64,000 nt of DNA, taken from NCBI GenBank assembly GCA_041577295.1, contig JBFGJG010000002.1, forward strand, positions 32,001-96,000. The letters run 5' to 3'. Shown here piece by piece: positions 48,487 through 58,228 of the stretch (position 1 is its first letter; every line of letters starts with the position of its first letter). A program made the translations under genes and the position numbers. The notes below the pieces were generated by a model, which was not told where the DNA came from, did not search any database, and saw only the letters and a program-made list of their open reading frames with translations. Origin of the DNA: Gemmatimonadales bacterium. Its GTDB lineage: Bacteria; Gemmatimonadota; Gemmatimonadetes; Gemmatimonadales; GWC2-71-9.

Positions 48487-50376
48487 TTACCTATATCCCT
48501 CCGCTTGCAGATTGAAGAGCTCAGCGTAGAGGCCGCCGCCTGCTAGCAGGTCAGCGTGCGTGCCGTGCTCGAGCAATCGACCCTGCTGCAGCACGAGAAT
48601 TCGATTGGCCATCCGAACGGTCGAAAAGCGATGGGAGATGAGGACGGCGATCCGGCCGCGTGTGAGCTCGGTGAAGCGGAGAAACACCTCATACTCAGCT
48701 CGAGCGTCCAGCGCAGCCGTTGGCTCGTCCAAAATCAAAACTTGCGCCTCCCTCATGTAGGCACGCGCAAGCGCGACCTTTTGCCACTCGCCCCCCGACA
48801 GTTCCACTCCACCGTCGAAACGGCGCCCGAGCTGCTGATTGAAGCCATCAATCAGGCGGGCCGCCACACGGTCGGCAAGCCCGCGCCGCGCTGCCTCACG
48901 AATGCGCTCTTCATCGAGCAGCTGCGTGATCTGACCTACCGCAATGTTCTCGCGGAACGTGAAGGCGTAGCGAAAGAAGTCCTGGAAGATGACGCCGATG
49001 TTCCGGTGCAGGCTTGCCAGGTCGTATTCTCTGAGGTCGACACCGTCGAGCAGGATCCGCCCCTCGGACGGATCGTAGAGCCGCGCTAAGAGCTTTACCA
49101 ACGTGGTTTTGCCCGCACCGTTCTCACCTACGAGTGCCACGGAACGGTCCGGCTCCAGGACGAAGTCGAGATCGCGCACGGCCCAGATCTCTGAGCCCGG
49201 ATAGCGAAACCCCACACCCTCGAAGACGAACCCCTGTCGGATTGGCCGCGGGATTACCGGGGCCCCGACCCGCGAAACCACCAAGGGTTTGATCGCAAAA
49301 AACGCGAATAAATCCCGAAGGTATAAACTTTGCTCGTAGATCTGTGAGACGGTCAGGAGGATTCGTTGTATCAAGTCACGGCTTTGTCGAAAGGAGCCGG
49401 CCAGGAAGGTTAGAACGCCGATCGTGAACAGACCGGCCGGTGAGCGGTAACCGATGACCGTCAGGTAGATGATGACTGCGTACGCCCCATAGTAACCCGC
49501 GGACCCGATCGCGCCGAACACGGTCGACACCACCGCACGGCGCGTCGACAATCGCTTGTTGGCTTCGTAGAAGTCATCCGCAAGTTGGGCGTATCGATTG
49601 ACTAAAAAGGGCGACAACCCGAAGAGCCTGACCTCCTTCGCGGAAGCATCGCTCGCTGCCGTGTAGCGTAGATAGTCCAGCTTGCGACGCTCTGGCGTCC
49701 ACTGAAAGAGGAGCGAGTATCCGAGTGCTGCGAAGTGCGTTTCCCCTAGGAATGCGGGAATGACGGCAATAGCGAGCAGCACGAGCAGCCACGGTACGTA
49801 GAGCACGAGGGCGGCCGCCAACGAGATGAGGGTAATGAGATCTTGAACCGTACCGAGCAGTTGGGCCAGCAGTCCGATGCGCCCCACGGTCTGACGGCGG
49901 GCGCGCTCGAGTTGATCGTACGTTTCGGCGTCCTCGTACTGCGCGACATCGAGTGTCGCAGCGTGCTCCATGAGACGGACCGATAACGCGTTGGCAAAGA
50001 GATCGCCGAGCAGACTTTCGAATAGCGACGAGGTCCGCGCTAACGCCTCTCCGGAGACCGCAATTCCGAGCTCGAGGGCCACGAGGGTAGCGAGGTGTGC
50101 CCAATCGACTGCTTGGCCGTCGCGGTAGTAGACCTCCACCGCTTCGATGATGAGCTTCCCCACCCAAAGGAGCGAGAGAGGAACGACGGCGCGGAGAACC
50201 CGAAGCAGCCCGATCGCAATGGTGTATCCACGGTGCGTGCCGTAGACCATTTTGAGGAGCGGGGGTACGTACCGGAGGGCGGCGAACCGCTCTCGCCAGG
50301 TTGGCAGCTCGGTGTCGTCCGAGATGGCACTTTTTGGTCGGGGCGGGACGCCGTGTGGTATGAAGGGGCGAGTCAC
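48487..50376 (-). CDS. ABC transporter, fused permease/ATP-binding protein
   Basis: TM domain plus GENGAGKTT, LSGGEWQ, ILDEPT and SHR. Confidence 0.92.
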   Translation of the reverse strand: MTRPFIPHGVPPRPKSAISDDTELPTWRERFAALRYVPPLLKMVYGTHRGYTIAIGLLRVLRAVVPLSLLWVGKLIIEAVEVYYRDGQAVDWAHLATLVALELGIAVSGEALARTSSLFESLLGDLFANALSVRLMEHAATLDVAQYEDAETYDQLERARRQTVGRIGLLAQLLGTVQDLITLISLAAALVLYVPWLLVLLAIAVIPAFLGETHFAALGYSLLFQWTPERRKLDYLRYTAASDASAKEVRLFGLSPFLVNRYAQLADDFYEANKRLSTRRAVVSTVFGAIGSAGYYGAYAVIIYLTVIGYRSPAGLFTIGVLTFLAGSFRQSRDLIQRILLTVSQIYEQSLYLRDLFAFFAIKPLVVSRVGAPVIPRPIRQGFVFEGVGFRYPGSEIWAVRDLDFVLEPDRSVALVGENGAGKTTLVKLLARLYDPSEGRILLDGVDLREYDLASLHRNIGVIFQDFFRYAFTFRENIAVGQITQLLDEERIREAARRGLADRVAARLIDGFNQQLGRRFDGGVELSGGEWQKVALARAYMREAQVLILDEPTAALDARAEYEVFLRFTELTRGRIAVLISHRFSTVRMANRILVLQQGRLLEHGTHADLLAGGGLYAELFNLQAEGYR

Positions 50377-50448
50377 AAGGCAAAATTAACAAGCGACCGA
50401 GAACCACGTCTTATCCTTGGGTGTCTCGAACGTGGTTGAGGGTTACGA

Positions 50449-52113
50449 ATGATGCTTGCGAAACCTGTCATAATGGGTGCTTTGCTCAGCGGGTTTTGGG
50501 GACTTCCCCAGGCACCGGTTGTGCGGTCCGATTCCGACTCTACTGAGCGTGCCCGCGCCATGCACGTGCTCACACGACTGGCGTATGGTCCCGGGCCAGG
50601 AGACGTGGATCGTGTGATGCGGATGGGAGTCGATGCCTATATCGAGCAGCAACTCCACCCCGAACGCATCCGCGACGACCGCCTGGACCGAGTGCTCGAC
50701 GGGTTTGAGATCCTCAAAATGTCGACGGCGGAGTTGGAGACCATCTTCCGCAACCTGCGGCGGGAGCGCGCCGAGGCAGCGATGCGGGCGGATCGTGATT
50801 CAGCCGGGTACGGGGGACAAATGCGCATGCGTCCCGGCCAGCAACCGGCGCAACGCGGAGCCGGTGAATACGCAACGCGCCTTCGGACCCTGATGGGTGA
50901 GTTCCGGCAGGTGGCGATGGCAAGATCGGTGCTCGCGGAACAGCAGCTCTATGAGATCGTCGTGGATTTCTGGACCAACCATTTCAACGTCTACATTCAC
51001 AAAGGCGCCGGTCCCGCCATGATGCCGCGATACATCGAGGAGACGATTCGCCCCAATGCCCTGGGGCGATTTGAGGATCTCCTGATCGCGACCGCGCGAA
51101 GCCCCGCGATGCTGTACTACCTCGACAATGTCGAGTCCGTCGCGCCAGGGTTCGCGCCACCGGGACGCGGCCGGCGGCCCGCGATGAGGCAGCAGGACGG
51201 GATGTCCGATTCGATGCGCATGCAGGCCCGTCGGCCGCGGGGACTCAACGAGAACTATGCGCGGGAGTTGATGGAGCTGCATACCCTGGGCGTGGACGGT
51301 GGCTACACCCAGGACGACGTTATTGACGTCGCCCGGATTCTCACAGGATGGACACTAAACCCTCGTGTCGACCTGAACTTCATCTTCTACTCCCGTGCCC
51401 ATGACTTCGGTGAGAAGACGGTACTGGGGCGCACGTTCCCTGCCGGTCGGGGCATCGAGGAGGGCATCGAGCTCTTACAGATGCTGGCAGCCCACCCGGC
51501 AACTCGCCGGCACATCAGCGCGAAGCTCTGTGCGCGGTTTGTCGCGGACGAGCCACCTTCAGGGTGCATCGACGCTGGCATTCATGCGTGGGAGCGATCG
51601 GACGGGAACATTCGCGATGTGCTCGCGGCGATCATCGCATCTCCAGAGTTCTGGGCAGAGGAGTACCGCGGGAACAAGATGAAAACACCGCTGGAGTTCC
51701 TGGTCAGCGCGGTACGTGCTGTCGATGGCGTACCGGGCACCGATCCCGCGTTTGCCTTGACGCTGCGGCGTCTTGGCCAGCCGCTGTACGAGTATGAACC
51801 CCCCACGGGATATCCCGAAACGCAGGAATCCTGGGTCAACTCGGGTGCATTGCTCGAGCGGTTCAACTTGGCCGTCGCGATAGCTGCAGGCAGGATGGAT
51901 GGAGTCTCCGTCGATCTCGACAACGTCGTCCCGATCATCAGCGACCACGATGCGCTGGTTGATGCCGTGAATCATGCGATTCTGGGGGGGACGGCTTCCC
52001 CAACGACCGTGCGGGTATTACGCGACCAGGCTGCAGCGACGAATAGTCCGCGCGAGGCGCGCGCACTGCTTGTTGGGCTCGCCATCGGTAGCCCGGAGTT
52101 TCAACGCCAGTAG
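50449..52113 (+). CDS. DUF1800 domain protein
   Basis: H.L.RLAYG, FW.NHFNV, PAMLYYLDN, NENYARELMELHTLG and SPEFQ. Confidence 0.88.
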   Translation: MMLAKPVIMGALLSGFWGLPQAPVVRSDSDSTERARAMHVLTRLAYGPGPGDVDRVMRMGVDAYIEQQLHPERIRDDRLDRVLDGFEILKMSTAELETIFRNLRRERAEAAMRADRDSAGYGGQMRMRPGQQPAQRGAGEYATRLRTLMGEFRQVAMARSVLAEQQLYEIVVDFWTNHFNVYIHKGAGPAMMPRYIEETIRPNALGRFEDLLIATARSPAMLYYLDNVESVAPGFAPPGRGRRPAMRQQDGMSDSMRMQARRPRGLNENYARELMELHTLGVDGGYTQDDVIDVARILTGWTLNPRVDLNFIFYSRAHDFGEKTVLGRTFPAGRGIEEGIELLQMLAAHPATRRHISAKLCARFVADEPPSGCIDAGIHAWERSDGNIRDVLAAIIASPEFWAEEYRGNKMKTPLEFLVSAVRAVDGVPGTDPAFALTLRRLGQPLYEYEPPTGYPETQESWVNSGALLERFNLAVAIAAGRMDGVSVDLDNVVPIISDHDALVDAVNHAILGGTASPTTVRVLRDQAAATNSPREARALLVGLAIGSPEFQRQ

Positions 52114-52121
52114 GAGCATCC

Positions 52122-53393
52122 ATGTGCGATAGGATCGATCGTCGAGTATTCGTGAAAGCAGGTGGGCTCGCGCTTCTTAGTTTTGGCGTGGATCCCATCT
52201 TCCTGACGCGCGCCGCATACGCGTTACAGCGACCAGACTCACTCAGCGCGCGGAAGAAGACTCTCGTTTGTGTCTTTCTCAGGGGTGCGGTTGACGGGCT
52301 GAACATGATCGTCCCGCACGGTGATCCAGACTACTACAAGGAGCGCCCGAGGATTGCCGTGCCACGCCCGGGCTCACCCGGTGGGGCCATTGATCTCGAT
52401 GGATATTTCGGTCTCCACCCGCGTCTGGCAGGTCTGATGCCCTACTTCCGCGATGGGTCACTGGCGCTGGTCCATGCGGTGGGGTCACCTGACGCGACGA
52501 GAAGTCACTTCGACGCGCAGGATTACATGGAGACTGGCACGCCCGGCGTGAAATCGACAGCCGACGGTTGGATGAACCGACACCTGCGACATCGGGCGGA
52601 GCACCGCGAGACACCGTTCCGTGGGGTTGCCGTCGGCCCTCAGCTACCGCGAGCCCTCCGTGGAAATGCGCCCACCCTCGCGATCGACAACCTCGAAGCG
52701 TTTGGGCTCCGGGCCGGACAGGCCGCCGTGCGCGACCGGTTGACGTCCGCGTTTGAAGAGTTGTATGCGGCGTCGGCAACCGGTCTTGTTGCGTCCTCAT
52801 CGGAAGAGGCTTTCGAAGCCATCCGAATGCTCGAGTCGGCAAATCCGGGACGCTACTCCCCGGCGAACGGCGCCCGCTACCCTAGTGGCCGGTTGGGACG
52901 CTCGCTGCGACAGATCGCGCAGCTGATCAAGGCCGATCTAGGTGTCGAGATGGCATTTGCCGATATGGGAGGCTGGGACACGCACGTTAACCAGGGTGGG
53001 AGCCAAGGCACGCTTGCCGGACGATTCCTCAACTACGCGACGACACTCACGGCATTCGCTACCGACCTGGGTGAGCGCATGGCGGACGTCACGGTGATGA
53101 CGATGACAGAGTTCGGACGCACCGTTGCCGAAAACGGAAACGCCGGCACCGATCACGGTCACGCAACCGCGATGCTCGTGCTGGGCGGCGCAACAAAAGG
53201 TGGAAAAGTGTTTGGGCGTTGGCCGACCCTCGAACCCGAGAAGCGCTTCGAAGGACGTGATCTCGAGGTGACGACCGACTTCCGAGACCTCTTTGGCGAG
53301 GTCCTCACCAAACACCTCGGTGCAACTGCACTGGATAAGGTGTTCCCCGGATACCAGAACGAGCGCAGCCAGTGGCTAGGAGTAACAGGATAG
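52122..53393 (+). CDS. DUF1501 domain protein (Tat-like signal)
   Basis: RRVFVK, LRGAVDGL, RSHFDAQ, GGWDTH, TEFGRT and GTDHG. Confidence 0.88.
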   Translation: MCDRIDRRVFVKAGGLALLSFGVDPIFLTRAAYALQRPDSLSARKKTLVCVFLRGAVDGLNMIVPHGDPDYYKERPRIAVPRPGSPGGAIDLDGYFGLHPRLAGLMPYFRDGSLALVHAVGSPDATRSHFDAQDYMETGTPGVKSTADGWMNRHLRHRAEHRETPFRGVAVGPQLPRALRGNAPTLAIDNLEAFGLRAGQAAVRDRLTSAFEELYAASATGLVASSSEEAFEAIRMLESANPGRYSPANGARYPSGRLGRSLRQIAQLIKADLGVEMAFADMGGWDTHVNQGGSQGTLAGRFLNYATTLTAFATDLGERMADVTVMTMTEFGRTVAENGNAGTDHGHATAMLVLGGATKGGKVFGRWPTLEPEKRFEGRDLEVTTDFRDLFGEVLTKHLGATALDKVFPGYQNERSQWLGVTG

Positions 53394-53404
53394 GGGATAA
53401 AGGG
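53388..53404 (+). repeat. Degenerate GGATA(G/A)AGG tandem repeat, inverted relative to 53836-53870
   Basis: GGATAGG-GGATAAAGG-G; includes the DUF1501 stop codon. Confidence 0.55.
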
Positions 53405-53407
53405 CTG

Positions 53408-53803
53408 CTACGGCCTGCATAGGCGACGCAGCAGGCCGTAGGTTGACTTGCTCGCGTGGAGGTAAAGCGCTCTCAGCTCCTCACAGCGCTCCACGTTCAT
53501 GAACCTCCCGTCCAGACAAATGATTAGCAGGGCATCGAGCTCAGCGAGCAAAGTGAGCGTGATTCCAGCGAACCGCCTGAATTCCCGACCACCTCGGCGA
53601 GCGTATCCCTCGGCTAGATTCGCACTTGCCGAGATGGCTGCTCGCCGGACCTGATCCCCCAAGCTGAACTGTAGCTCCTGAGGAAAAGCCAGTGAGGCTC
53701 GGCACACAGCCACTGCAAGGGTGTGACACCGCTGCCACGCGACCAGGCGTCTGTACCATCCATTACAACGGACGATAGCGATGCGTCTCCAAACGGTAAT
53801 CAT
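53408..53803 (-). CDS. Four-helix-bundle protein (23S rRNA IVP/Avd-like family), possibly decaying
   Basis: YRRLVAWQ, FP.E.QFSLGDQVRRAAIS.SANLAEG..R....EF.RF. The usual GS..E motif reads TLLAE, and the start region looks disturbed. Confidence 0.75.
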   Translation of the reverse strand: MITVWRRIAIVRCNGWYRRLVAWQRCHTLAVAVCRASLAFPQELQFSLGDQVRRAAISASANLAEGYARRGGREFRRFAGITLTLLAELDALLIICLDGRFMNVERCEELRALYLHASKSTYGLLRRLCRP

Positions 53804-53835
53804 CACTTCTGTGCGGAGATGATCTAAACGTCGCA

Positions 53836-53870
53836 CCTCTATCCCCTCTATCCCTTCTATCCCTTCTATA
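53836..53870 (+). repeat. 9-nt tandem repeat C(C/T)TCTATCC, about 4 copies
   Basis: CCTCTATCC CCTCTATCC CTTCTATCC CTTCTATA. Confidence 0.85.
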
Positions 53871-53878
53871 TTCGGTTC

Positions 53879-54592
53879 ATGTCTCTCCAAGGATCTCACT
53901 GCGTCGTGACGGGTGCGACGGAGGGAATTGGTCGCGCCACAGCTTTTGCCTTCGGACGCCGCGGGGCGAAAGTAGCGATCTGCGCTCGGACGGAAGACCG
54001 TGTCCGCGAGACGGCCCGGGCTCTCGCTCACGAGGGGATCGGAGCGATCGGCACTGCGTGTGACGTGGCTGACGAGGCCAGCGTGGATGGGTTCGCACAG
54101 TTCGTTCACGCACGGTTCCCTCAGGTGGATGTTCTCGTCAACAACGCCGGCGTGGGCTACATGCAATACGTCGATGAGATGAGTGTAGCCGACTTCGATC
54201 AAACGATGGCCGTCAACGTGCGGGGCGTCTTTCTGGTCACCAGGGCGTTCTTGCCAAGCATGAAACGCCAGGGAAGTGGTTGTATCGTCAACGTGGCAAG
54301 CCTTGCGGGGCGAAACCCCATTGCCGGGGGCGCCGCATACGCCGCATCCAAGCACGCCGTCCTCGGTTTTGCCAAATCGTTGCTCCTCGAGGTGCGGACG
54401 TTTGGGATTCGCGTGCTGACAGTGTGTCCGGGGTCGGTTGTCACAGCGTTCTTCGATAAGGCGGGAATGGAGCTCCACGATCCCGAGCGGAAGCTCCAAT
54501 CGGAGGATGTCGCCGACGCGATCACGGCGGCGGTGGAGCTTCCGGCACGGGCCACCCTATCCGAATTCGATATCAGACCGTCGAATCCCTGA
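53879..54592 (+). CDS. SDR family oxidoreductase
   Basis: TGATEGIG, NNAG and YAASK. Confidence 0.9.
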   Translation: MSLQGSHCVVTGATEGIGRATAFAFGRRGAKVAICARTEDRVRETARALAHEGIGAIGTACDVADEASVDGFAQFVHARFPQVDVLVNNAGVGYMQYVDEMSVADFDQTMAVNVRGVFLVTRAFLPSMKRQGSGCIVNVASLAGRNPIAGGAAYAASKHAVLGFAKSLLLEVRTFGIRVLTVCPGSVVTAFFDKAGMELHDPERKLQSEDVADAITAAVELPARATLSEFDIRPSNP

Positions 54593-54686
54593 TCTGACGG
54601 GCAGACCTCTTGCCACGCGTCCCCGGCGGTAGACAGCTTTCAGCCGGCGACCAGCCAGTCCACCGAAGCCGCTTTCAGGAATTCGA

Positions 54687-55901
54687 ATGAGCGCGACGCT
54701 GGTTCTCATCCTCGTGGTGATCGGTGCGTACTTGGCTGCCCACGTGATGTTCGAGTGGATCGCCAGACGGTTCCTGATCGTCTCCGGTGCCGAGTACCTC
54801 CTCCTGGGGATCCTGCTCGGACCACATGTTACCGGACTCATCGGCACAACGGTCGTGAGCAACTTCGCCCCGATCATGATTTTGGCCCTTGGCGGCATGG
54901 GCTTGCTGGTCGGAACCGGCTTGCGGATCCCCGAGATGCGCCGTCTGCGGAGTGTCCATTTCCGCGTAGCGACTCTCGAAGCGGTGCTGGTTCTAGTGAC
55001 CGTCGCTGGGGTGATGACGCTAGGCCTCCTGCTGTTGTTCGAGATTTCGGCTCGGGAAGTCGTGCTAAGCGCTACCGCGTTCGGGATCGTCGCGACAGCA
55101 TCGGCACCGTCAGGGGTCATCCTCGTGGCTCGGCATCTCCGAGGTCGGGGGGTTGTGATGGACCAGCTCACCGTTACCGACTGGGTGAATGGCGCGGTGG
55201 CGATTGTTGCGTTTGCATTTCTCCTTTGCCTGGTTCGTGTGGATCCCACTGCCGGTGGAGTGTCACTCGCGCCGATCGAGTGGATGGTCATCAACGTTGG
55301 CATCGGGTTGTTCGGAGGAATTCTCTTTCACCTATTTCTGGGCGCCGATAAGGACTTTGATCGGTTGACGGTCGCGCTCATCGGCGCAATCATTCTTACG
55401 ACGGGAGCTGCGGCATACCTCCAGCTCTCACCGCTGTTGCCTACGTTTTTGGTCGGCGTCATCCTCGTAAACACCTCACCTGTACAGAAGCAGATCCGCG
55501 AGCTGCTGGCACGAGTCGAACGGCCCTTCTATTACGTGCTACTGATCTTTGCAGGCGCTGCTTGGCGTCCTGGAAGCGGGGGCTGGATCGTTCCGATCAT
55601 CCTCTTTCTCGCTATTCAGACAGCGGCGGCCATCGGCGGAGCCCGTCTCGCGAGTCGAGTAAATGGAATGACCAGCTCACTGGGCCCCAACTGGGGCATC
55701 GCCATGCTTGGGCATGGTGAGCTGGCTCTGGCCATCGGATTCAACTACCTGCTTCTCGAAGCGGCGCCACTCGCGGATCTCGTCTTCAGTGCGACGATCG
55801 CATCCGTGTTCCTCACGCACTTTACTGCCGCCAGGTTCGTTCGCTCGGTGGCCCAAGACGCCGCGTCATCGGTCATGCCTCCCGTTGCGGGAAATCGCTG
55901 A
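54687..55901 (+). CDS. Cation:proton antiporter family (CPA2-like) protein 1
   Basis: About 12 TM helices; YLLLGILLGP, SPLL..F..G and GELALAI. Confidence 0.7.
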   Translation: MSATLVLILVVIGAYLAAHVMFEWIARRFLIVSGAEYLLLGILLGPHVTGLIGTTVVSNFAPIMILALGGMGLLVGTGLRIPEMRRLRSVHFRVATLEAVLVLVTVAGVMTLGLLLLFEISAREVVLSATAFGIVATASAPSGVILVARHLRGRGVVMDQLTVTDWVNGAVAIVAFAFLLCLVRVDPTAGGVSLAPIEWMVINVGIGLFGGILFHLFLGADKDFDRLTVALIGAIILTTGAAAYLQLSPLLPTFLVGVILVNTSPVQKQIRELLARVERPFYYVLLIFAGAAWRPGSGGWIVPIILFLAIQTAAAIGGARLASRVNGMTSSLGPNWGIAMLGHGELALAIGFNYLLLEAAPLADLVFSATIASVFLTHFTAARFVRSVAQDAASSVMPPVAGNR

Positions 55902-57233
55902 GTGCGACGACTGCTCATCCTCGCCCTGCTCCTCGCGGGCATGCAGCTCATCCTCCCGCTGGGCTCCGTGGGCCACGCTTCGGAGGTGCTGCTGGCCTTC
56001 GGCTTTTTGATCCTTGCGGCATACACGGTCGGAGAGATCGCCACCTATCTACATCTTCCCAAGCTCGTAGGGTATCTCGTGGCGGGGATTGCATTTGGTC
56101 CCAGTGCGCTCGGGACGGTCAGCGAAGCAAGCGTGGCCAATCTGAGCGGTGTGAGCCAGCTCGCCGTCGCGCTCATCGCGTTTCTGGCCGGCGCGGAGCT
56201 CCGCTGGAGCGATGTGCGCGAACGGTGGAACGTCATCCTCAAGATGATGACCGCGGAGTTGGCCTTGACGTTTCTCGTCATGACCACCGTGCTCGTGGCA
56301 TTTCGCCGATTTGTGCCACCGTTGGAGAAGCTCCAGCCCCTCGAAGCATTGATCTTTGGAATGCTGTTCGCAGCGGTGGCTATTGTGCATTCACCCGCCG
56401 TCACCATGGCGCTCTTGAGCGAAACCAAGGCCAGAGGCGCCGTGGCGCGAACGACTCTCGGGGTCGTCCTGATCGCGGATGTGGTAGTCGTGTTGGTGTT
56501 CAGTGCGCTCCTGGCAATTGCTCGGAGACTCGTGCCTCCTGAGGCGCACGGCGCGGCGATCCCGGTGGCGTCCGTGTTCTGGGAGATTGGCGGTGCGATC
56601 ATGGTCGGCGCACTACTGGGAGCCGTGACGGCTCTCTACCTCCGCTTCGTGCGTCGTGAGCTGCTATTGTTTGCGATCCTCGTTGCCTTCTTTGGCACGG
56701 AAATCACCCGTTTGCTCCGTGTGGAAACCATGCTGGCGCTGCTCACCGCCGGGTTTGTGACACAGAATGTCGCGCGGGAAGGCGATATCCTCCGCGGCGC
56801 GATGGAGCGGTCTGCCGCACCGGTGATCGTGGTGTTCTTTGCGCTCGCCGGCGCTAAAATCGACATCGGTCAGCTCGCGATGCTCTTCCCGCTCGCGTTA
56901 CCGTTGGCCGTGATCCGAGCCACGAGTATTTGGGCGGGGACCGGGCTCGGCGCACGCTGGGCGAGGGCGGGGACCGCTGAGACCCAGTGGGTGTGGTTTG
57001 GTCTCGTGTCACAGGCAGGGGTTGCGCTGGCACTGGTCAACATCTTCGCCGAGGCCTACCCAGCCCGAGGGATCGACCTGCGGGCGCTCATGCTCTCCTT
57101 GATCGCAATCAACGAAATGGTGGGTCCAGCGATGTTCCGACGAGCCCTCGTCGCGAGCGGAGAGACCTCGCAGACAACGAGCGCCAAGACAGTCACCTTA
57201 ACTACTCCGCAGCGGGTGCTACCAGAACCGTAG
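55902..57233 (+). CDS. Cation:proton antiporter family (CPA2-like) protein 2
   Basis: LPKLVGYLVAGI..GP, SPA, DVV, FFALAGA, SQAGVA and NE.VGP. Confidence 0.78.
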   Translation: MRRLLILALLLAGMQLILPLGSVGHASEVLLAFGFLILAAYTVGEIATYLHLPKLVGYLVAGIAFGPSALGTVSEASVANLSGVSQLAVALIAFLAGAELRWSDVRERWNVILKMMTAELALTFLVMTTVLVAFRRFVPPLEKLQPLEALIFGMLFAAVAIVHSPAVTMALLSETKARGAVARTTLGVVLIADVVVVLVFSALLAIARRLVPPEAHGAAIPVASVFWEIGGAIMVGALLGAVTALYLRFVRRELLLFAILVAFFGTEITRLLRVETMLALLTAGFVTQNVAREGDILRGAMERSAAPVIVVFFALAGAKIDIGQLAMLFPLALPLAVIRATSIWAGTGLGARWARAGTAETQWVWFGLVSQAGVALALVNIFAEAYPARGIDLRALMLSLIAINEMVGPAMFRRALVASGETSQTTSAKTVTLTTPQRVLPEP

Positions 57234-57432
57234 CAGACAGCGAGTATATTCTCTGGGCGTTGCCGGAACTGTGTTGTGGTCCGGTTGGTTTCTCACACCG
57301 AGTGCCCTTCGTGGCGTACCGCCGACCAGCCCCTGCGCACGAGAACGTGGCTGCGTGAGCCGGGTGGCGCACCGTGGTTCGTTGATCGACATTTTGAGGA
57401 CGCAAAACGGCATCTCTTCCTTAGGAGCAGAT

Positions 57433-58224
57433 GTGGTCTTCTCTCACGATGTATTGAAGGGGCAGGTTGCCGTGATCACCGGTGGGGGCACCGGGATCGG
57501 ATTCGGCATCGCTACCGAGCTGGCGCGCAGTGGAGCGGATATCGCCATCACCAGCCGGAAGCCGGAGCGGCTCGAGTCGGCTGCCGAGCGCCTCAAGGAA
57601 CACGAGGTTCGCGTCGCCGCGATCCCCGCCAATGTACGAGAACCGGACTCGGTCAAGTCGATGGTCGAGCAGGTTGAGCGCGAGTTCGGGCGTATCGATA
57701 TCCTCGTGAACAATGCGGCGGGCAATTTCTACGCACCGTCCGCCGAGCTCTCACCAAATGGATGGCGTGCGGTGGTCGAAACCGACCTCTACGGTACCTT
57801 CTTCTGTTCGCAGGCGGTGTATCCTGCTTTCAAGCGGGCGGGCGGGGGAAAGATCATCTCGATCTCCATGACACTCCACTATCGCGGGTGGCCCCAAATG
57901 GCGCACGCGACCGCGGCCAAAGCCGGCGTTGACGCGCTCACGAAGACGCTGGCTCTCGAGTGGGCGCCTGACAAGATCACGGTCAACACGATTGCACCCG
58001 GCCCGATCTTGACGGAGGGGGCTCGTAAGGCCTTCGCGGCGGGGGACGAGGGAAAAGGTACCGCAGCCATCGATGAGCGATTGGCCCGGGCCATTCCGCT
58101 CGGACGGTTGGGGACTCCGCAGGACATCGGTCTCCTGTCGGTGTACCTCGCGAGCTCGGCGGGCTCATGGATAACGGGTGCCATCTTCGTGGTCGATGGC
58201 GGCAGCTCCCTCGCCAAGACCTGA
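57433..58224 (+). CDS. SDR oxidoreductase (2,4-dienoyl-CoA reductase-like)
   Basis: TGGGTGIG, NNAAGNF, LSPNGW, HATAAK and VDGG. GTG 57433 follows AGGAG. Confidence 0.88.
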   Translation: MVFSHDVLKGQVAVITGGGTGIGFGIATELARSGADIAITSRKPERLESAAERLKEHEVRVAAIPANVREPDSVKSMVEQVEREFGRIDILVNNAAGNFYAPSAELSPNGWRAVVETDLYGTFFCSQAVYPAFKRAGGGKIISISMTLHYRGWPQMAHATAAKAGVDALTKTLALEWAPDKITVNTIAPGPILTEGARKAFAAGDEGKGTAAIDERLARAIPLGRLGTPQDIGLLSVYLASSAGSWITGAIFVVDGGSSLAKT

Positions 58225-58228
58225 ACTG

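Noticed and set aside
53408..54499. The 363-aa track ORF as one protein, or as part of a diversity-generating retroelement
   Set aside because: Its N-terminal two-thirds is the antisense of the SDR gene. No reverse transcriptase or TR/VR repeat pair is visible.
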